In this document: positions 10,301 through 18,015 of the stretch, one piece after another
Layout of the letters: each line of letters begins with the position of its first letter
How positions within the stretch are numbered: the stretch's first letter is position 1
Source of the DNA: Mollicutes bacterium Phil14
Lineage (GTDB): Bacteria; Bacillota_I; Bacilli_A; ML615J-28; CAG-698
Assembly (NCBI GenBank): GCA_001940985.1
Contig: MSHB01000022.1
Coordinates: 35,393 to 99,392, forward strand
Length of the DNA stretch: 64,000 bases
Direction: 5' to 3'
Notes under the pieces: model-generated
Database searches by the model: none
Seen by the model: only the letters and a program-made list of their open reading frames with translations
Told to the model about the DNA's origin: nothing
Program-made: the position numbers and the translations under genes

Positions 10301-11976
10301 CCATAATCACTATTATCACCAACTAAAGAAATAGTTGAGTCTATAAAATTAATATTTTTAATTGTTCCCTTGTTTATACCTACTAATCCATAATACACTT
10401 CTTTTTCTGTATAGTGAGAAGTAGTAATATTTAAATTCAATATACACTTATTATTATTGGTATTTGAATCTAAAGAAAAATCATCATCTCCACCTTTTAA
10501 AACTCCTTTAAATTCCGTTTTAGGAGTAGGATAATTAACATTTTTCATATCTATGTTATTATTTAAAACATATGTATGTTCATTAAATTGCTTTCCATAT
10601 GTTTTGCTTTTTAAAGATAAAAGTTTTGAAAATGTAATTAAATCAATATCTTTCTTTATCAAGTAACAATTATTACTTTCATCATATTCTAATCCAAAAA
10701 TTTGAGGCAAACTATCGCTTGCATAGAAATGCCATATTCTCTCATCATTTATTCCCTTTGAACTTAAGCTTACACTATTAATGTTTATATTTTCACCAGT
10801 AGTTATTTTTTCACTACTATATGCGCTTATTCCCAAAACATCAAGATTATCAGTACTAATCAAATCATCGTTATAGCAAACCCCACTAATCTCCCCACTG
10901 TTTTCGCAGACAATAGGATAACTTTTAAATAAATAACTTGAACCACTACTTACTACCCTTTGACTAATGTAATAGGAATTATAAATCTTACCTGTTTTGT
11001 TATTTTTATTTACTAAACCACTAGCATAAAATGTTTGTGTTTGTACTGCTCCTAATTGCAAATTCCAAATAATACCTGAATCATCCAAAGATACACCTGA
11101 ACTAATTTTAGTGCGTTTATCTATAACTGCAGTATTATAAACTAATCCATTATTTTCTCCAACCAAAATTGATGTATTAGTTAATCCATCAGGAATATCT
11201 AATAATTCAAAAATAGGATTTTCAATTATTAAATTGCAAATTATTCCACTTTCACCAACACTTGCAAACATTGAATAATAGTTATTAAGTGCAATATCTA
11301 CTTCTGTACTTTGATCATCTTGATTAAATCTGTAAATCATTGATATATAGTCATATCCAGCCAAATATAAATTCTTTATTTTAAAACCATTACCATCAAA
11401 ACTTCCCGTGAATGGATAATAGTTTCTAGTTTTTTCTTCATCAGGAGTAATAAAATCAATTCCTAATGGAATAAATTGTTTTGACTTCATTTTCGAATAA
11501 TCAATATCATTTATTAAACAATAATTAAAACTTAAAATTGTTTTTATTGTTTTTAAATTTGGATAAATATTAGCTGTTGCTTTATTTTTCCAATTATAAC
11601 AAGCATCAACTGATAGATAGTATAACTCTTCAGGAGTTGATATCGTTACTCGTTTGTCTAAAACAAACTCATTTATTTCATCACTCATTTTTTCATCTCT
11701 AACTGAAGATGATAAAGATGAATCATTCATATACTTCTCAATTATATTATGAATACTATTGTAATCTACCATCTTTTCACTACTAGTAGATTCACTATTA
11801 ATTAAAGCATTAAAAAAAGAAAAATCATTACTAAATTTACTATCAGCAGATACTTTTATGCTATTACCTTTATCAATGAATACACATAAAAATATAAAAA
11901 CAATGATGATAAAAGTTAACAATAATCCTAAACTTTTCTTTGAAATATTTTTAAAATTCATATTAGCACCTACCAA
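4327..11976 (-). CDS. Giant (2549 aa) N-terminally anchored or secreted surface protein. It is rich in Ser/Thr/Asn/Gly and has many G-G-(I/V)-(V/I)-G-type repeats. Putative beta-helical adhesin or matrix protein.
   Basis: Uninterrupted 7.65-kb ORF with an N-terminal hydrophobic signal or anchor (LGLLLTFIIIVFIFLCVF). It has dozens of motifs such as VAGGIVG, CIGGIVGYGSG, YYGGIIGGSS, CAGGIIGN and YVGGVFG. There is no LPxTG motif and no C-terminal TM. Its start overlaps the stop of the upstream TasA-like gene by 7 nt, indicating co-transcription. Confidence 0.8.
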   Translation of the reverse strand: MVGANMNFKNISKKSLGLLLTFIIIVFIFLCVFIDKGNSIKVSADSKFSNDFSFFNALINSESTSSEKMVDYNSIHNIIEKYMNDSSLSSSVRDEKMSDEINEFVLDKRVTISTPEELYYLSVDACYNWKNKATANIYPNLKTIKTILSFNYCLINDIDYSKMKSKQFIPLGIDFITPDEEKTRNYYPFTGSFDGNGFKIKNLYLAGYDYISMIYRFNQDDQSTEVDIALNNYYSMFASVGESGIICNLIIENPIFELLDIPDGLTNTSILVGENNGLVYNTAVIDKRTKISSGVSLDDSGIIWNLQLGAVQTQTFYASGLVNKNNKTGKIYNSYYISQRVVSSGSSYLFKSYPIVCENSGEISGVCYNDDLISTDNLDVLGISAYSSEKITTGENININSVSLSSKGINDERIWHFYASDSLPQIFGLEYDESNNCYLIKKDIDLITFSKLLSLKSKTYGKQFNEHTYVLNNNIDMKNVNYPTPKTEFKGVLKGGDDDFSLDSNTNNNKCILNLNITTSHYTEKEVYYGLVGINKGTIKNINFIDSTISLVGDNSDYGKVIYAGIVSAYLSSGNIKNITNRVNENTNYFDFSNSGLGKTCIGGIVGYGSGNISYVCNLNGAIDGSATHNYTDYNTSLEYYYGGIIGGSSEKGLRVEYAYNNANIKTINNVITENEVVICAGGIIGNMNNNSETSNEYFYLTNDGSINGAIDNSASANIYVGGVFGKSNNGIKISKNNRDLISGRFENNGIIVSKYNASTKNYLAGIGVNTSDISKVSFSYMINNAGFEIENYNSYNNNRNIYYSSTILDNGNGIILSRAYNEASYTYDSTFFNESVESINISSFFMSVNDKECELLYCQNNGNITIDGGENNVNGEMKVAGITLANKVDYKNVSMCGNIIVNGICNNKDIYISGISWILPSLNNKTYKAINCINEGKIITSNISGNTSISGVSGTSQTSTSFRATINSNNLYVAGLFNLNVGSITNSMNRADITSDDGNGATIIGTCNTFVGGIVTFNYNFIQDCANSGDITYINSSSGTTYVAGGDTPNCLYGGLVFAYNGGLALGGVVSAMADTSATILAGYSDEVVEPAQIVDSSNNGNISGKANQYVRSGGILAVALGVELTAGTASIDSSNNGQKKFSWCTVGNGDRIANCKLSNGLNFGNITAISNKIGNLDGTRVTSGQNNGSGTSQGRRPGIFACSGGVISYGLCIMTRMLNHGVIVSTDVAGGIVGATYVLGSADTSNLTITYCNIDTAIHYGKVKAAKYSNYSNFTYTVLKDITNSNYMNNSSDTSYIYKDENTFIFPSQSVSLSLYPNARRGFGGIFGRLQRGNSGVMQSNNFVNILNMDSKVDMIGRVDGSSYGAYIFYRLKVTGKEDTYYSARSNDTTQALVVGYTTGSTTTSELVNALTDSDIKSITITRSFWGNNYTYRITSVTLDSLEYEEITTSTRRYAPYNENINGNNYTSNYATETVQRTVKKQSSDNKTISLNTTINGNVVVSGNTSVSNLNYSSNRATVTNPSNVASLLQNNISIGSNSSSSTISQYQIEIVTDDKSDTSKTYIFSDSFPLMDSEQANYIYAASNDVLADRFKNETSLNYKPNGMYVLATTKGRDAGDVLPGNLKIDDLYKLNEKDEIKYIDLSNVSSKDLIDSGLNVEEMLLDYKSMFQISYSDKSLIQQKDDNGSTLYDLVLYDKNNNSPILRGGLVGSDEYGLPTITFTVSNSAFNFVNNKTDLNYYVKSAVLSENAVIAKYGITANEHHDFRNYYNLRSSNVLDGIYEASISGTLTKNSRLEFEDKIRVYSEIACNVSSLVEKYVTDYKIIIECVSEELSVDFSAVVDSASSIVDSITNGYIIKNNVSPDGKVECLFTDNNGVLASEYELSVIGLYRENTLIDSAYYKLEIVKLNNRQFGFTISFSNKLISGEYEIRYRYYDNIIEDYSIFITKEKSQYYNITNVFYNTFSYDISGNILEFLEEKDTDFITYIQFGYMFSKVKYGLTNSIDLTIETINNLEEISYLNNVDSYVIKIDDTEIERIYVSEFSKLIKTSVYYTYTNGNREYVMTYVIENEVGSINTIVHRIVEREPDNIVVYKNNNIQYGTTFIVYREDLLTTFDIDFGFEIDREVLNGQIKMLLDEIVFDEEEMKSKIYLNIGTYYSVNITSLLEPGSKGYKFILVRDGEEKEMLSIVIDKLLGKSAYLEDIDFQLDSDTTLVYPNIYEVDMLGNKISNTLYDARTYYGGIDYDGADNDNVRYFRIDGKVTNISLDDYSPSFTNPIGSSIYRYTGSNWDGSDTNNWSTELKGDFIGNDEEKDTVILYKIVSEDGESTVYYFITASDILYNLTIRFTIYYRFANGNIVLGSDPSSPIKNQVVVITIKNYQLQGDLADYSVTIDPNDPNHIIYPYEASELDKEGITKYITGLNNQMSMFYYPIDATKYQYSFGRNYSGCYGFTAITPKYKGESNGTLINGRRYEYDIYLATGSKGTYGWNSDSYKLHDLDLNNKYDGKYHFISGSTKNRIREFALVVNEKTSGGNWGLTDEDISWDK

Positions 11977-12680
11977 TCAGTGTCCCAAGGGGTTTTTTCC
12001 AAATCCCAATTATTTTGTGCCCCATCATAATATTGTACTGCTTCGATAATAAATCCAATTTGAAGAAAATATCTACTATCTCTAGTACCAAACATTTTAT
12101 CCGAATAATATTCTTTAATTAAAGGAATTACTAAAGGAGAACTTTCATTAACTCTCTTTACTTTTTCCATACAATAAATAAAGCCATCTTTTTCTCTATT
12201 ATCATAAAATAGGCCACTACTAGATGATTTAAAATTATAATTAAAATCTGTATACCCATCTTGTACAACAGCTAATTCACGAGTAACATCTCCAGTTTTA
12301 TAAAGTAAAGTAAGCTGTTCATATGTAGCAACTCTAAAATATGTATCAACATCACTATATACTTCAACATCAACTCTAAAATTTTCAGCAAAATATATAT
12401 CATCACGAGCAGATATATTAATCTTCACAACTCCAGTTTTAGTAAAATCACTATCTCCTAAATCAGCAGTATAATAAACGGGATCATATATATTACCATC
12501 CTTTTCAAAATAGGTTTTTAATCTTACCTTAACAGTCCCAATGACATACTCTTTATTTTCATTAATTCTACTAGTAATATAAGCAACTGTAGTGCCTACA
12601 AATAGCAAAAAGAATAGTACAATAGCACCAAACATTACTGCCTTTTTAAATCTTAATTTATTTATAATCAAAACAGTCAC
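11970..12680 (-). CDS. Secreted protein with a SipW-cognate-type N-terminus (TasA/camelysin-like paralog).
   Basis: 236 aa. N-terminal basic region, hydrophobic helix, then GTTVAYITS (compare TasA GGGTWAAFND and CalY GGGTFAYFSD). Overlaps the giant gene start. Confidence 0.5.
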   Translation of the reverse strand: MTVLIINKLRFKKAVMFGAIVLFFLLFVGTTVAYITSRINENKEYVIGTVKVRLKTYFEKDGNIYDPVYYTADLGDSDFTKTGVVKINISARDDIYFAENFRVDVEVYSDVDTYFRVATYEQLTLLYKTGDVTRELAVVQDGYTDFNYNFKSSSSGLFYDNREKDGFIYCMEKVKRVNESSPLVIPLIKEYYSDKMFGTRDSRYFLQIGFIIEAVQYYDGAQNNWDLEKTPWDTDW

Positions 12681-12767
12681 TCCTTTCTAAAAACATAAAT
12701 GGGTATTGAAAAAAGCCAATACCCAACCAAACTCTTTAATTAAATAATTGTTAAATAGTATTGAGTA

Positions 12768-13268
12768 TCATTCATCCTTTTGATGTGTTTTTAACAATTT
12801 GTATAATGAATTAAACAAAATCACTAGTACAACAATTATTGCTATTGACAATATAACGAAAGGATTTCTAATAAAATTTATTATAAATCCTAATATAGGA
12901 ATTGAAAAAGCATATATACCTTTTACTTGGCTAGCCTTTATTGGGGCATCATTAGCACTATTTTCATCTATACCTTTAGTTATTATTATATCTTTTTCTT
13001 TATCATAACTAATAACTCGATGAGTAACTGCCTTTCCATCTTCTCTTTCATAAGTTATAATAGTATCATTTTTTATTACGTCATAAACATCACTTTCAGA
13101 AATCTTTTTATAATACATAAGCGAACCTGTATAAATACGTGGTTCCATACTACCTGAAAGTACAATTTTTGCGCGATAATTACATATGTATAATCCTAAA
13201 GAAAATACTATTATAACTGCAAAAAGTCCTATTAATATATATTCAACAATATTTATTACTTTTTTCAT
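12768..13268 (-). CDS. sipW: Signal peptidase I, SipW (ER/archaeal) type.
   Basis: 166 aa. N-terminal TM, catalytic Ser box VLSGSMEP (near-identical to the Bacillus subtilis SipW box), a His box (THRVIS) and a C-terminal TM anchor. Confidence 0.8.
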   Translation of the reverse strand: MKKVINIVEYILIGLFAVIIVFSLGLYICNYRAKIVLSGSMEPRIYTGSLMYYKKISESDVYDVIKNDTIITYEREDGKAVTHRVISYDKEKDIIITKGIDENSANDAPIKASQVKGIYAFSIPILGFIINFIRNPFVILSIAIIVVLVILFNSLYKLLKTHQKDE

Positions 13269-13278
13269 TTTTACTTAT

Positions 13279-13881
13279 CTATTTTGCAAGCCCTGTTGTA
13301 AAATCAATATTTGCCATATTTTCCCATAAAACATATTCTGCTTGTTTTCCTTCAACTACAATAGTAATTGTATATGATTTCCCAGAATAATCATTTCCTA
13401 CTTTGCTTCCATCAAAAGTCATATTTACATTAAAATTTAAAACATCACCAACAGAAGGAACTGTAGCAGCACTAATATTAGCACTATCATCAGTTAATGA
13501 AGTAGGTTTTCCTTTATAATACCAGTAATCACCATCATTTACCCAATCAGAATTTTCATCAAAAGTTATTTCAACTATATCAGTTATTAAATCTGTTTTA
13601 TCTTTTTCAGTAACAGTTATTTTCACTCTTACGTTTGTAGCTACAGTTGATTTATTAGTAATAGTAATAGCATCAGCATTAAAAAGAGGTTGACCAGGTA
13701 CTACTATACTATCACTATTAATATTAAACTGACATTCGTAATTAACATCACCCATAACAAAGTTAATGTTTGAAGTCTTTGTGTCTGTTAACCATGCTAG
13801 AGTTGTTGCTACAAGACCAGCAAGCAAAACAACAATAGCACCACTTAAAAGTATAATTTTCTTTTTTAAATTCTTTTTCAT
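13279..13881 (-). CDS. TasA/camelysin-like secreted protein (SipW-cognate signal peptide).
   Basis: 200 aa. N-terminus ...LLAGLVATTLAWLTDTK. The C-terminal strand TIVVEGKQAEYVLWEN resembles the TasA C-terminal FSFEATQWNG. Confidence 0.6.
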   Translation of the reverse strand: MKKNLKKKIILLSGAIVVLLAGLVATTLAWLTDTKTSNINFVMGDVNYECQFNINSDSIVVPGQPLFNADAITITNKSTVATNVRVKITVTEKDKTDLITDIVEITFDENSDWVNDGDYWYYKGKPTSLTDDSANISAATVPSVGDVLNFNVNMTFDGSKVGNDYSGKSYTITIVVEGKQAEYVLWENMANIDFTTGLAK

Positions 13882-13892
13882 ATTTTTTCCTC

Positions 13893-14501
13893 CTAAGAAA
13901 TATCTATGGCAAAACCTAATTCATTCCATTCAACATAATCTTTTTGTTTTGCTTGAAAAGCTATTTTTATTATTAATTTTACATTTCTGTTTCCCATATT
14001 ACCATAGTTGTCACCATTAACACTTAAACTTTCTAGTACCGTGATACTTGTGCTTTCAGAACCCTTTATTACACTACCACTAATACTATCGCCATCAATA
14101 ATTCCACCATAATACCAACATCCTTTAAAATAAACCCAATCATCACCAATACTAGCTTTTATTTGTTGATTATTGGTATCATCAAATCCATTCCACTTCT
14201 CATTATCAATTGGACTATTTGCATCAGTAACAAATTGATAAAAAAGTTGAAACCTTATTTCAGAATCCACACTACTATGATTTGTTAGTATATATGGGTC
14301 ATTAATCAATGGTTTTTCAGGAACAATATAATCTTGTTCACATAAATTACCAACCAAATCATAACGAACTTCTCCACTAACAAAAACAATAGAGCTACTT
14401 CTTCTTAAAGAAATAAGCCATGCATATGAAGATGTGGCAAGCGTTATAGCTAAAATGAAAAGTGCTATTATGCTAATCAAACTTTTAGCATTTCTTTTCA
14501 T
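13893..14501 (-). CDS. TasA/camelysin-like secreted protein. It is the first gene downstream of c-di-GMP riboswitch copy A.
   Basis: The ORF track gives 13893..14534, but the first 11 codons would lie inside the riboswitch aptamer. An internal ATG at 14501-14499 is preceded by GGAGGA (MKRNAKSLISII...). N-terminus ...LAITLATSSYAWLISLRR. C-terminal IKIAFQAKQKDYVEWN. Confidence 0.6.
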   Translation of the reverse strand: MKRNAKSLISIIALFILAITLATSSYAWLISLRRSSSIVFVSGEVRYDLVGNLCEQDYIVPEKPLINDPYILTNHSSVDSEIRFQLFYQFVTDANSPIDNEKWNGFDDTNNQQIKASIGDDWVYFKGCWYYGGIIDGDSISGSVIKGSESTSITVLESLSVNGDNYGNMGNRNVKLIIKIAFQAKQKDYVEWNELGFAIDIS

Positions 14502-14502
14502 A

Positions 14503-14600
14503 CAATCCTCCGTTTTCTGGCGACTGGCTGTCATACACTAATTAGCTTCAGACCCTATAGTTTTGCGTCATCACTTTTCAGTGATTTTGCCTTTTTCTTT
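14503..14600 (-). promoter_or_regulatory. c-di-GMP-I (GEMM) riboswitch, copy A.
   Basis: Minus-strand RNA AAGGCAAAAUCACUGAAAAGUGAUGACGCAAAACUAUAGGGUCUGAAGC...GACAGCCAGUCG. It has GGCAAA, a perfect 6-bp hairpin capped by a GAAA tetraloop, then GACGCAAAaCUAUAGGG (receptor-like). This matches the Vc2 pattern GGCAAACCAUUCGAAAGAGUGGGACGCAAAGCC. About 75% identical to copy B at 23141-23215. Confidence 0.8.
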
Positions 14601-15242
14601 TTTTATATCCTCAAGTATTTTTTTCCTGATTTTTTCTCTTTCTGCTTCAATAAATTTTTGTTTTTCTTCATCATTTTTCTTATTTTGACTAGCGATTTTT
14701 TCCTCTTTAACCGCTATAAACATTTTTCCTATTTCAATGATTAAAAGAAAGAAAAACAATAACATTAAAATTAAAAATATTAAACTTCTGTGATTTGCAA
14801 TTAAACCACCAATTTTAAACAGTGTTAAAACCTTAACAACTTTTCCCACATAATTTTCCTTAGTAACAAACTCTGTATCAAAAGTACTATTATTAACACC
14901 TTTCATAATAAACGAACCATCTAAATTAACATCAACAATTCTATGAACTATATATATCTTATTGCTTTTTGAATAATAAATAATATCATCACCAATTGTT
15001 AATTTTTCAAATGGCACTTCTTTTGAAAGAATGAAATCACCTTCATTTATTACAGGTTCCATTGAATCAGTTGGTACAACCGAATATATATAACCAAATA
15101 TTTTTGTAGGTTTGTTGTTTTTATAAGCATTAATTCCAACGATTATTATGGCAATAGCCAAAACAAACAATAAACAAGTAAATATCCCTAAGCATTTGCT
15201 GATGATACTTTTTACTTTAGGTTCTTTCATACTATTCACCAA
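14571..15242 (-). CDS. SipW-type signal peptidase I paralog with a C-terminal TM and a charged tail.
   Basis: 223 aa. N-terminal TM, VVPTDSMEPVINEGDFIL Ser box, IVHRIVDV His box, then a second TM (LIFLILMLLFFFLLII) and a K/E-rich tail. The last about 10 codons overlap the riboswitch A aptamer. Confidence 0.7.
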   Translation of the reverse strand: MVNSMKEPKVKSIISKCLGIFTCLLFVLAIAIIIVGINAYKNNKPTKIFGYIYSVVPTDSMEPVINEGDFILSKEVPFEKLTIGDDIIYYSKSNKIYIVHRIVDVNLDGSFIMKGVNNSTFDTEFVTKENYVGKVVKVLTLFKIGGLIANHRSLIFLILMLLFFFLLIIEIGKMFIAVKEEKIASQNKKNDEEKQKFIEAEREKIRKKILEDIKKEKGKITEK

Positions 15243-16017
15243 TACTATTATCTATTATCAAATTTTTAATAACTAATCTTTGATTAGAATAAAACCTGCC
15301 ATCAAAAGATATATCACTAGGAATAATATCTTGATATATACTAGGAAAAATGGGTTCTGGTTGAAACTTTACTGTAAAATATAGCACTACATTTTTGCCA
15401 GCTTCTAATTTAAAATCTTTTAGTAAATAATAATTAGTTAAATCCTCGCCTTCACTATTAATAGTGTTAAAGTATGTAAATTCAGGACTAATCATACTAT
15501 TAGTTGTAATCTTTTTCCATCCCCATTCCTCAATTTTTTCATCGCTTGGAACAGTGATTAATTCATTTTCTTTTTCTTTTATTTCTGTTTTATACGGAAC
15601 TTCAACAAGCAAATCGCATCTATAACTATATGAATATTGTATCTTTTCATAGGCATTTTGATAATCACTTGTAAAGACTCCATCATTAAATCTTTCAGAA
15701 TGCAAATCAGAAAAATAAACATTTAAATTACAAACATCTTTACTTGTATTAGAAAGTATCAAAAGAAATATATTCATCTCTCCTGGCATCGCTTTTTCAG
15801 CAGTATAAGTATCAGATTGAATAATATTGTTACCTATAACTTGTGAGAACTGATATTCATAACCGTTTTCTCCAACACTAGCCACAAAGCTAGCACTATT
15901 ACTTTTAACAGTTACAAACCAAGCATAACCAACACTAACAAAAGCTATTAAAGATAATATGCATGAAAACAAGGCCATTAAAAACATTTTATTTTTAAAC
16001 ATTTTTCTCATCACCAT
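15232..16017 (-). CDS. TasA/camelysin-like secreted protein (SipW-cognate N-terminus).
   Basis: 261 aa. N-terminus ...LIAFVSVGYAWFVTVKSN. Overlaps neighbours at both ends. Confidence 0.55.
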   Translation of the reverse strand: MVMRKMFKNKMFLMALFSCILSLIAFVSVGYAWFVTVKSNSASFVASVGENGYEYQFSQVIGNNIIQSDTYTAEKAMPGEMNIFLLILSNTSKDVCNLNVYFSDLHSERFNDGVFTSDYQNAYEKIQYSYSYRCDLLVEVPYKTEIKEKENELITVPSDEKIEEWGWKKITTNSMISPEFTYFNTINSEGEDLTNYYLLKDFKLEAGKNVVLYFTVKFQPEPIFPSIYQDIIPSDISFDGRFYSNQRLVIKNLIIDNSIGE

Positions 16018-18010
16018 TTTGGTCCTTATTCATTAGTTTAATTAATTTATCTTTATTTTTGCTTTTTTCTTCGTTAGCTTTTTCAATTTCTTTTTGTTTC
16101 AATTCTTTTCTAACTTTTTCTGTTTGTGAGCGAGATTTTTCTTTTTCTTTCAACTTAAATTCTTTAATTTTTTTATCTTGAATTTCTTTTTGTTTTAATT
16201 TCTTTTCTTTTTTAGCCTTTAAGATTTTATCTAAATTAGCTTTTTCCAAAGCAATAATATCATTAACTTTCTTTGAATGAGCAGCTTGCATTTCTTTAAT
16301 TTTTTGTTTAGTTCTTTCTTTTTCATTTTTACTAATTTCACGCATCTTCTCTTTCAAAGTATCATTTATTAGTTTAAGACTATTCTTTGAGTCTTCCTTA
16401 GCCTTAACAACCTTTATTTTTTTACCATCTAAAGTTACCACACTAGAAGTAGCTTTAGCCTTAGCTTTTTTGTATATATCTATTTCTTTATCTAAATTAT
16501 TCTTAACTTCAAAAATAGCATCTTCATTGGTTTTTCCTTCTAAACTTTTAATAAGTTTAGTACTGGCTTTAGCCATATCTTTATTAAGACGTTTCTCAAG
16601 TCGAATTGCATTGTTATAATCAACTTCTTTTACTTCTCTAATTATCTTAGCAATTTGAGCTTTCTTTTTCGTTTCATCAAACTCTTCTTTAGGATCAACA
16701 TCCTTAACAAGTCTTGTAAATATATCTTCGTCTTCTAATTCAAAATATGATTGATATAAAGCATTAGATATATTATTCACCATGCGAATTGCTTGCTTTA
16801 ATGCAACTTCATCACTTGATGCTGTTTTTTTAAATTCATCTATGTTTTTCTTAAACATATTTTTATATTGTTTTAAATAATATTCATTTATACTATTATC
16901 TTCCTTAGAAAGTACTTCTGGATTAGTGATGATATCATCTTCATTTTTCTTAATCTGTTTAGCACTTTTCTTAATTGTCTTTTCATCACTCTTACCATCA
17001 AACTTTGTCTTTCTAACTGATTCATTAGCCTCACTAGAAAGATAGGCAAGCATTGCTGTTTGATTAAATCCATGTTCTATTTTTTTATCTATTTTTTTGT
17101 TCTTTTCTTTTACTATCAAATCATATGCCAACTTATTATATTTATCTAAAAACAACCACAACATATAGCAATTTTTAAAATCAGGATTTTTCATAATAAT
17201 ATTTGTTTGCATAATTGGAGGATTAACTTTAGGGGCATTAATCAATTTCTTGTATAACTCGGAATTTTTATATGCCATTATCATACGATTTAATTTTTCA
17301 ACACGCTTTAGTAAATATAAATTATTTTTTTCGTTTTGACTATTAACAGTTTTCTTGATTACCACATCAACATTTATATTTACCGAAGCATTGTTAATGT
17401 TAAAGTCAGACGATATATTAACATGATTTTTGTTTGATGATAAAACATTATCTTTAATAACATTGTATCTGTTATTTACAAAAACAAACAATCTATCTAT
17501 CAATGTTTTAATAAATCTATTTTCATAAATTGAGAATTCTTGTTCCGCATAACTTGTTAAAATCTTTTTGGGAATTACGTAATTTCCATCTCTTACTTCT
17601 TTTACAAAATGTGTATGTGAAGCAAGATGTCTTACTGATTCAGAATTAATTTTCTTAGCCTTTTCAACAGGAACTATTTCTTGCTCATATCTGATTCCTG
17701 TTTTAGGAGTGTTTGCAATCTTATCAATACTTGGAAAATATGATTCTAATGTTTTTATCCATTCTTCATCAAAAACTTTTGTTTCAATAATATCTTTTTG
17801 ATATATAACTCTATCACCAGATAAATATGAATCATAGAAAAGTTTGGCAAAAGCACTATCCACTTCTAATTCATCTAAATTAGTAGAAACTGTCTCAAAA
17901 TATTCATCTATATCCAAATCATCTGAATTTAAATCTAAAGGAGTTGCCTCACTTTCTTCTTTTTCTTTTTCGTTAACAAAGATATCGTCCATAGCAACCT
18001 CCTTAAACAA
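15995..18010 (-). CDS. 671-aa acidic, coiled-coil protein. Partner of the adjacent McrB-family NTPase. Function unknown.
   Basis: Acidic N-terminus (DLNSDDLDIDEYFE), a central globular region and an extremely K/E-rich predicted coiled-coil C-terminal half. No signal peptide. It sits 6 nt downstream of the AAA_5 gene. Confidence 0.6.
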   Translation of the reverse strand: MFKEVAMDDIFVNEKEKEESEATPLDLNSDDLDIDEYFETVSTNLDELEVDSAFAKLFYDSYLSGDRVIYQKDIIETKVFDEEWIKTLESYFPSIDKIANTPKTGIRYEQEIVPVEKAKKINSESVRHLASHTHFVKEVRDGNYVIPKKILTSYAEQEFSIYENRFIKTLIDRLFVFVNNRYNVIKDNVLSSNKNHVNISSDFNINNASVNINVDVVIKKTVNSQNEKNNLYLLKRVEKLNRMIMAYKNSELYKKLINAPKVNPPIMQTNIIMKNPDFKNCYMLWLFLDKYNKLAYDLIVKEKNKKIDKKIEHGFNQTAMLAYLSSEANESVRKTKFDGKSDEKTIKKSAKQIKKNEDDIITNPEVLSKEDNSINEYYLKQYKNMFKKNIDEFKKTASSDEVALKQAIRMVNNISNALYQSYFELEDEDIFTRLVKDVDPKEEFDETKKKAQIAKIIREVKEVDYNNAIRLEKRLNKDMAKASTKLIKSLEGKTNEDAIFEVKNNLDKEIDIYKKAKAKATSSVVTLDGKKIKVVKAKEDSKNSLKLINDTLKEKMREISKNEKERTKQKIKEMQAAHSKKVNDIIALEKANLDKILKAKKEKKLKQKEIQDKKIKEFKLKEKEKSRSQTEKVRKELKQKEIEKANEEKSKNKDKLIKLMNKDQNGDEKNV

Positions 18011-18015
18011 AACAA

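Noticed and set aside
11858-12049. 63-aa plus-strand ORF at the giant-gene and TasA-like gene junction.
   Set aside because: Antisense to two overlapping, translationally coupled minus-strand genes.
15995-18010. Calling the 671-aa protein an McrC-like nuclease.
   Set aside because: I could not find a PD-(D/E)xK motif or any other nuclease signature by eye. Its C-terminal half is low-complexity K/E coiled coil. Left as unknown partner.
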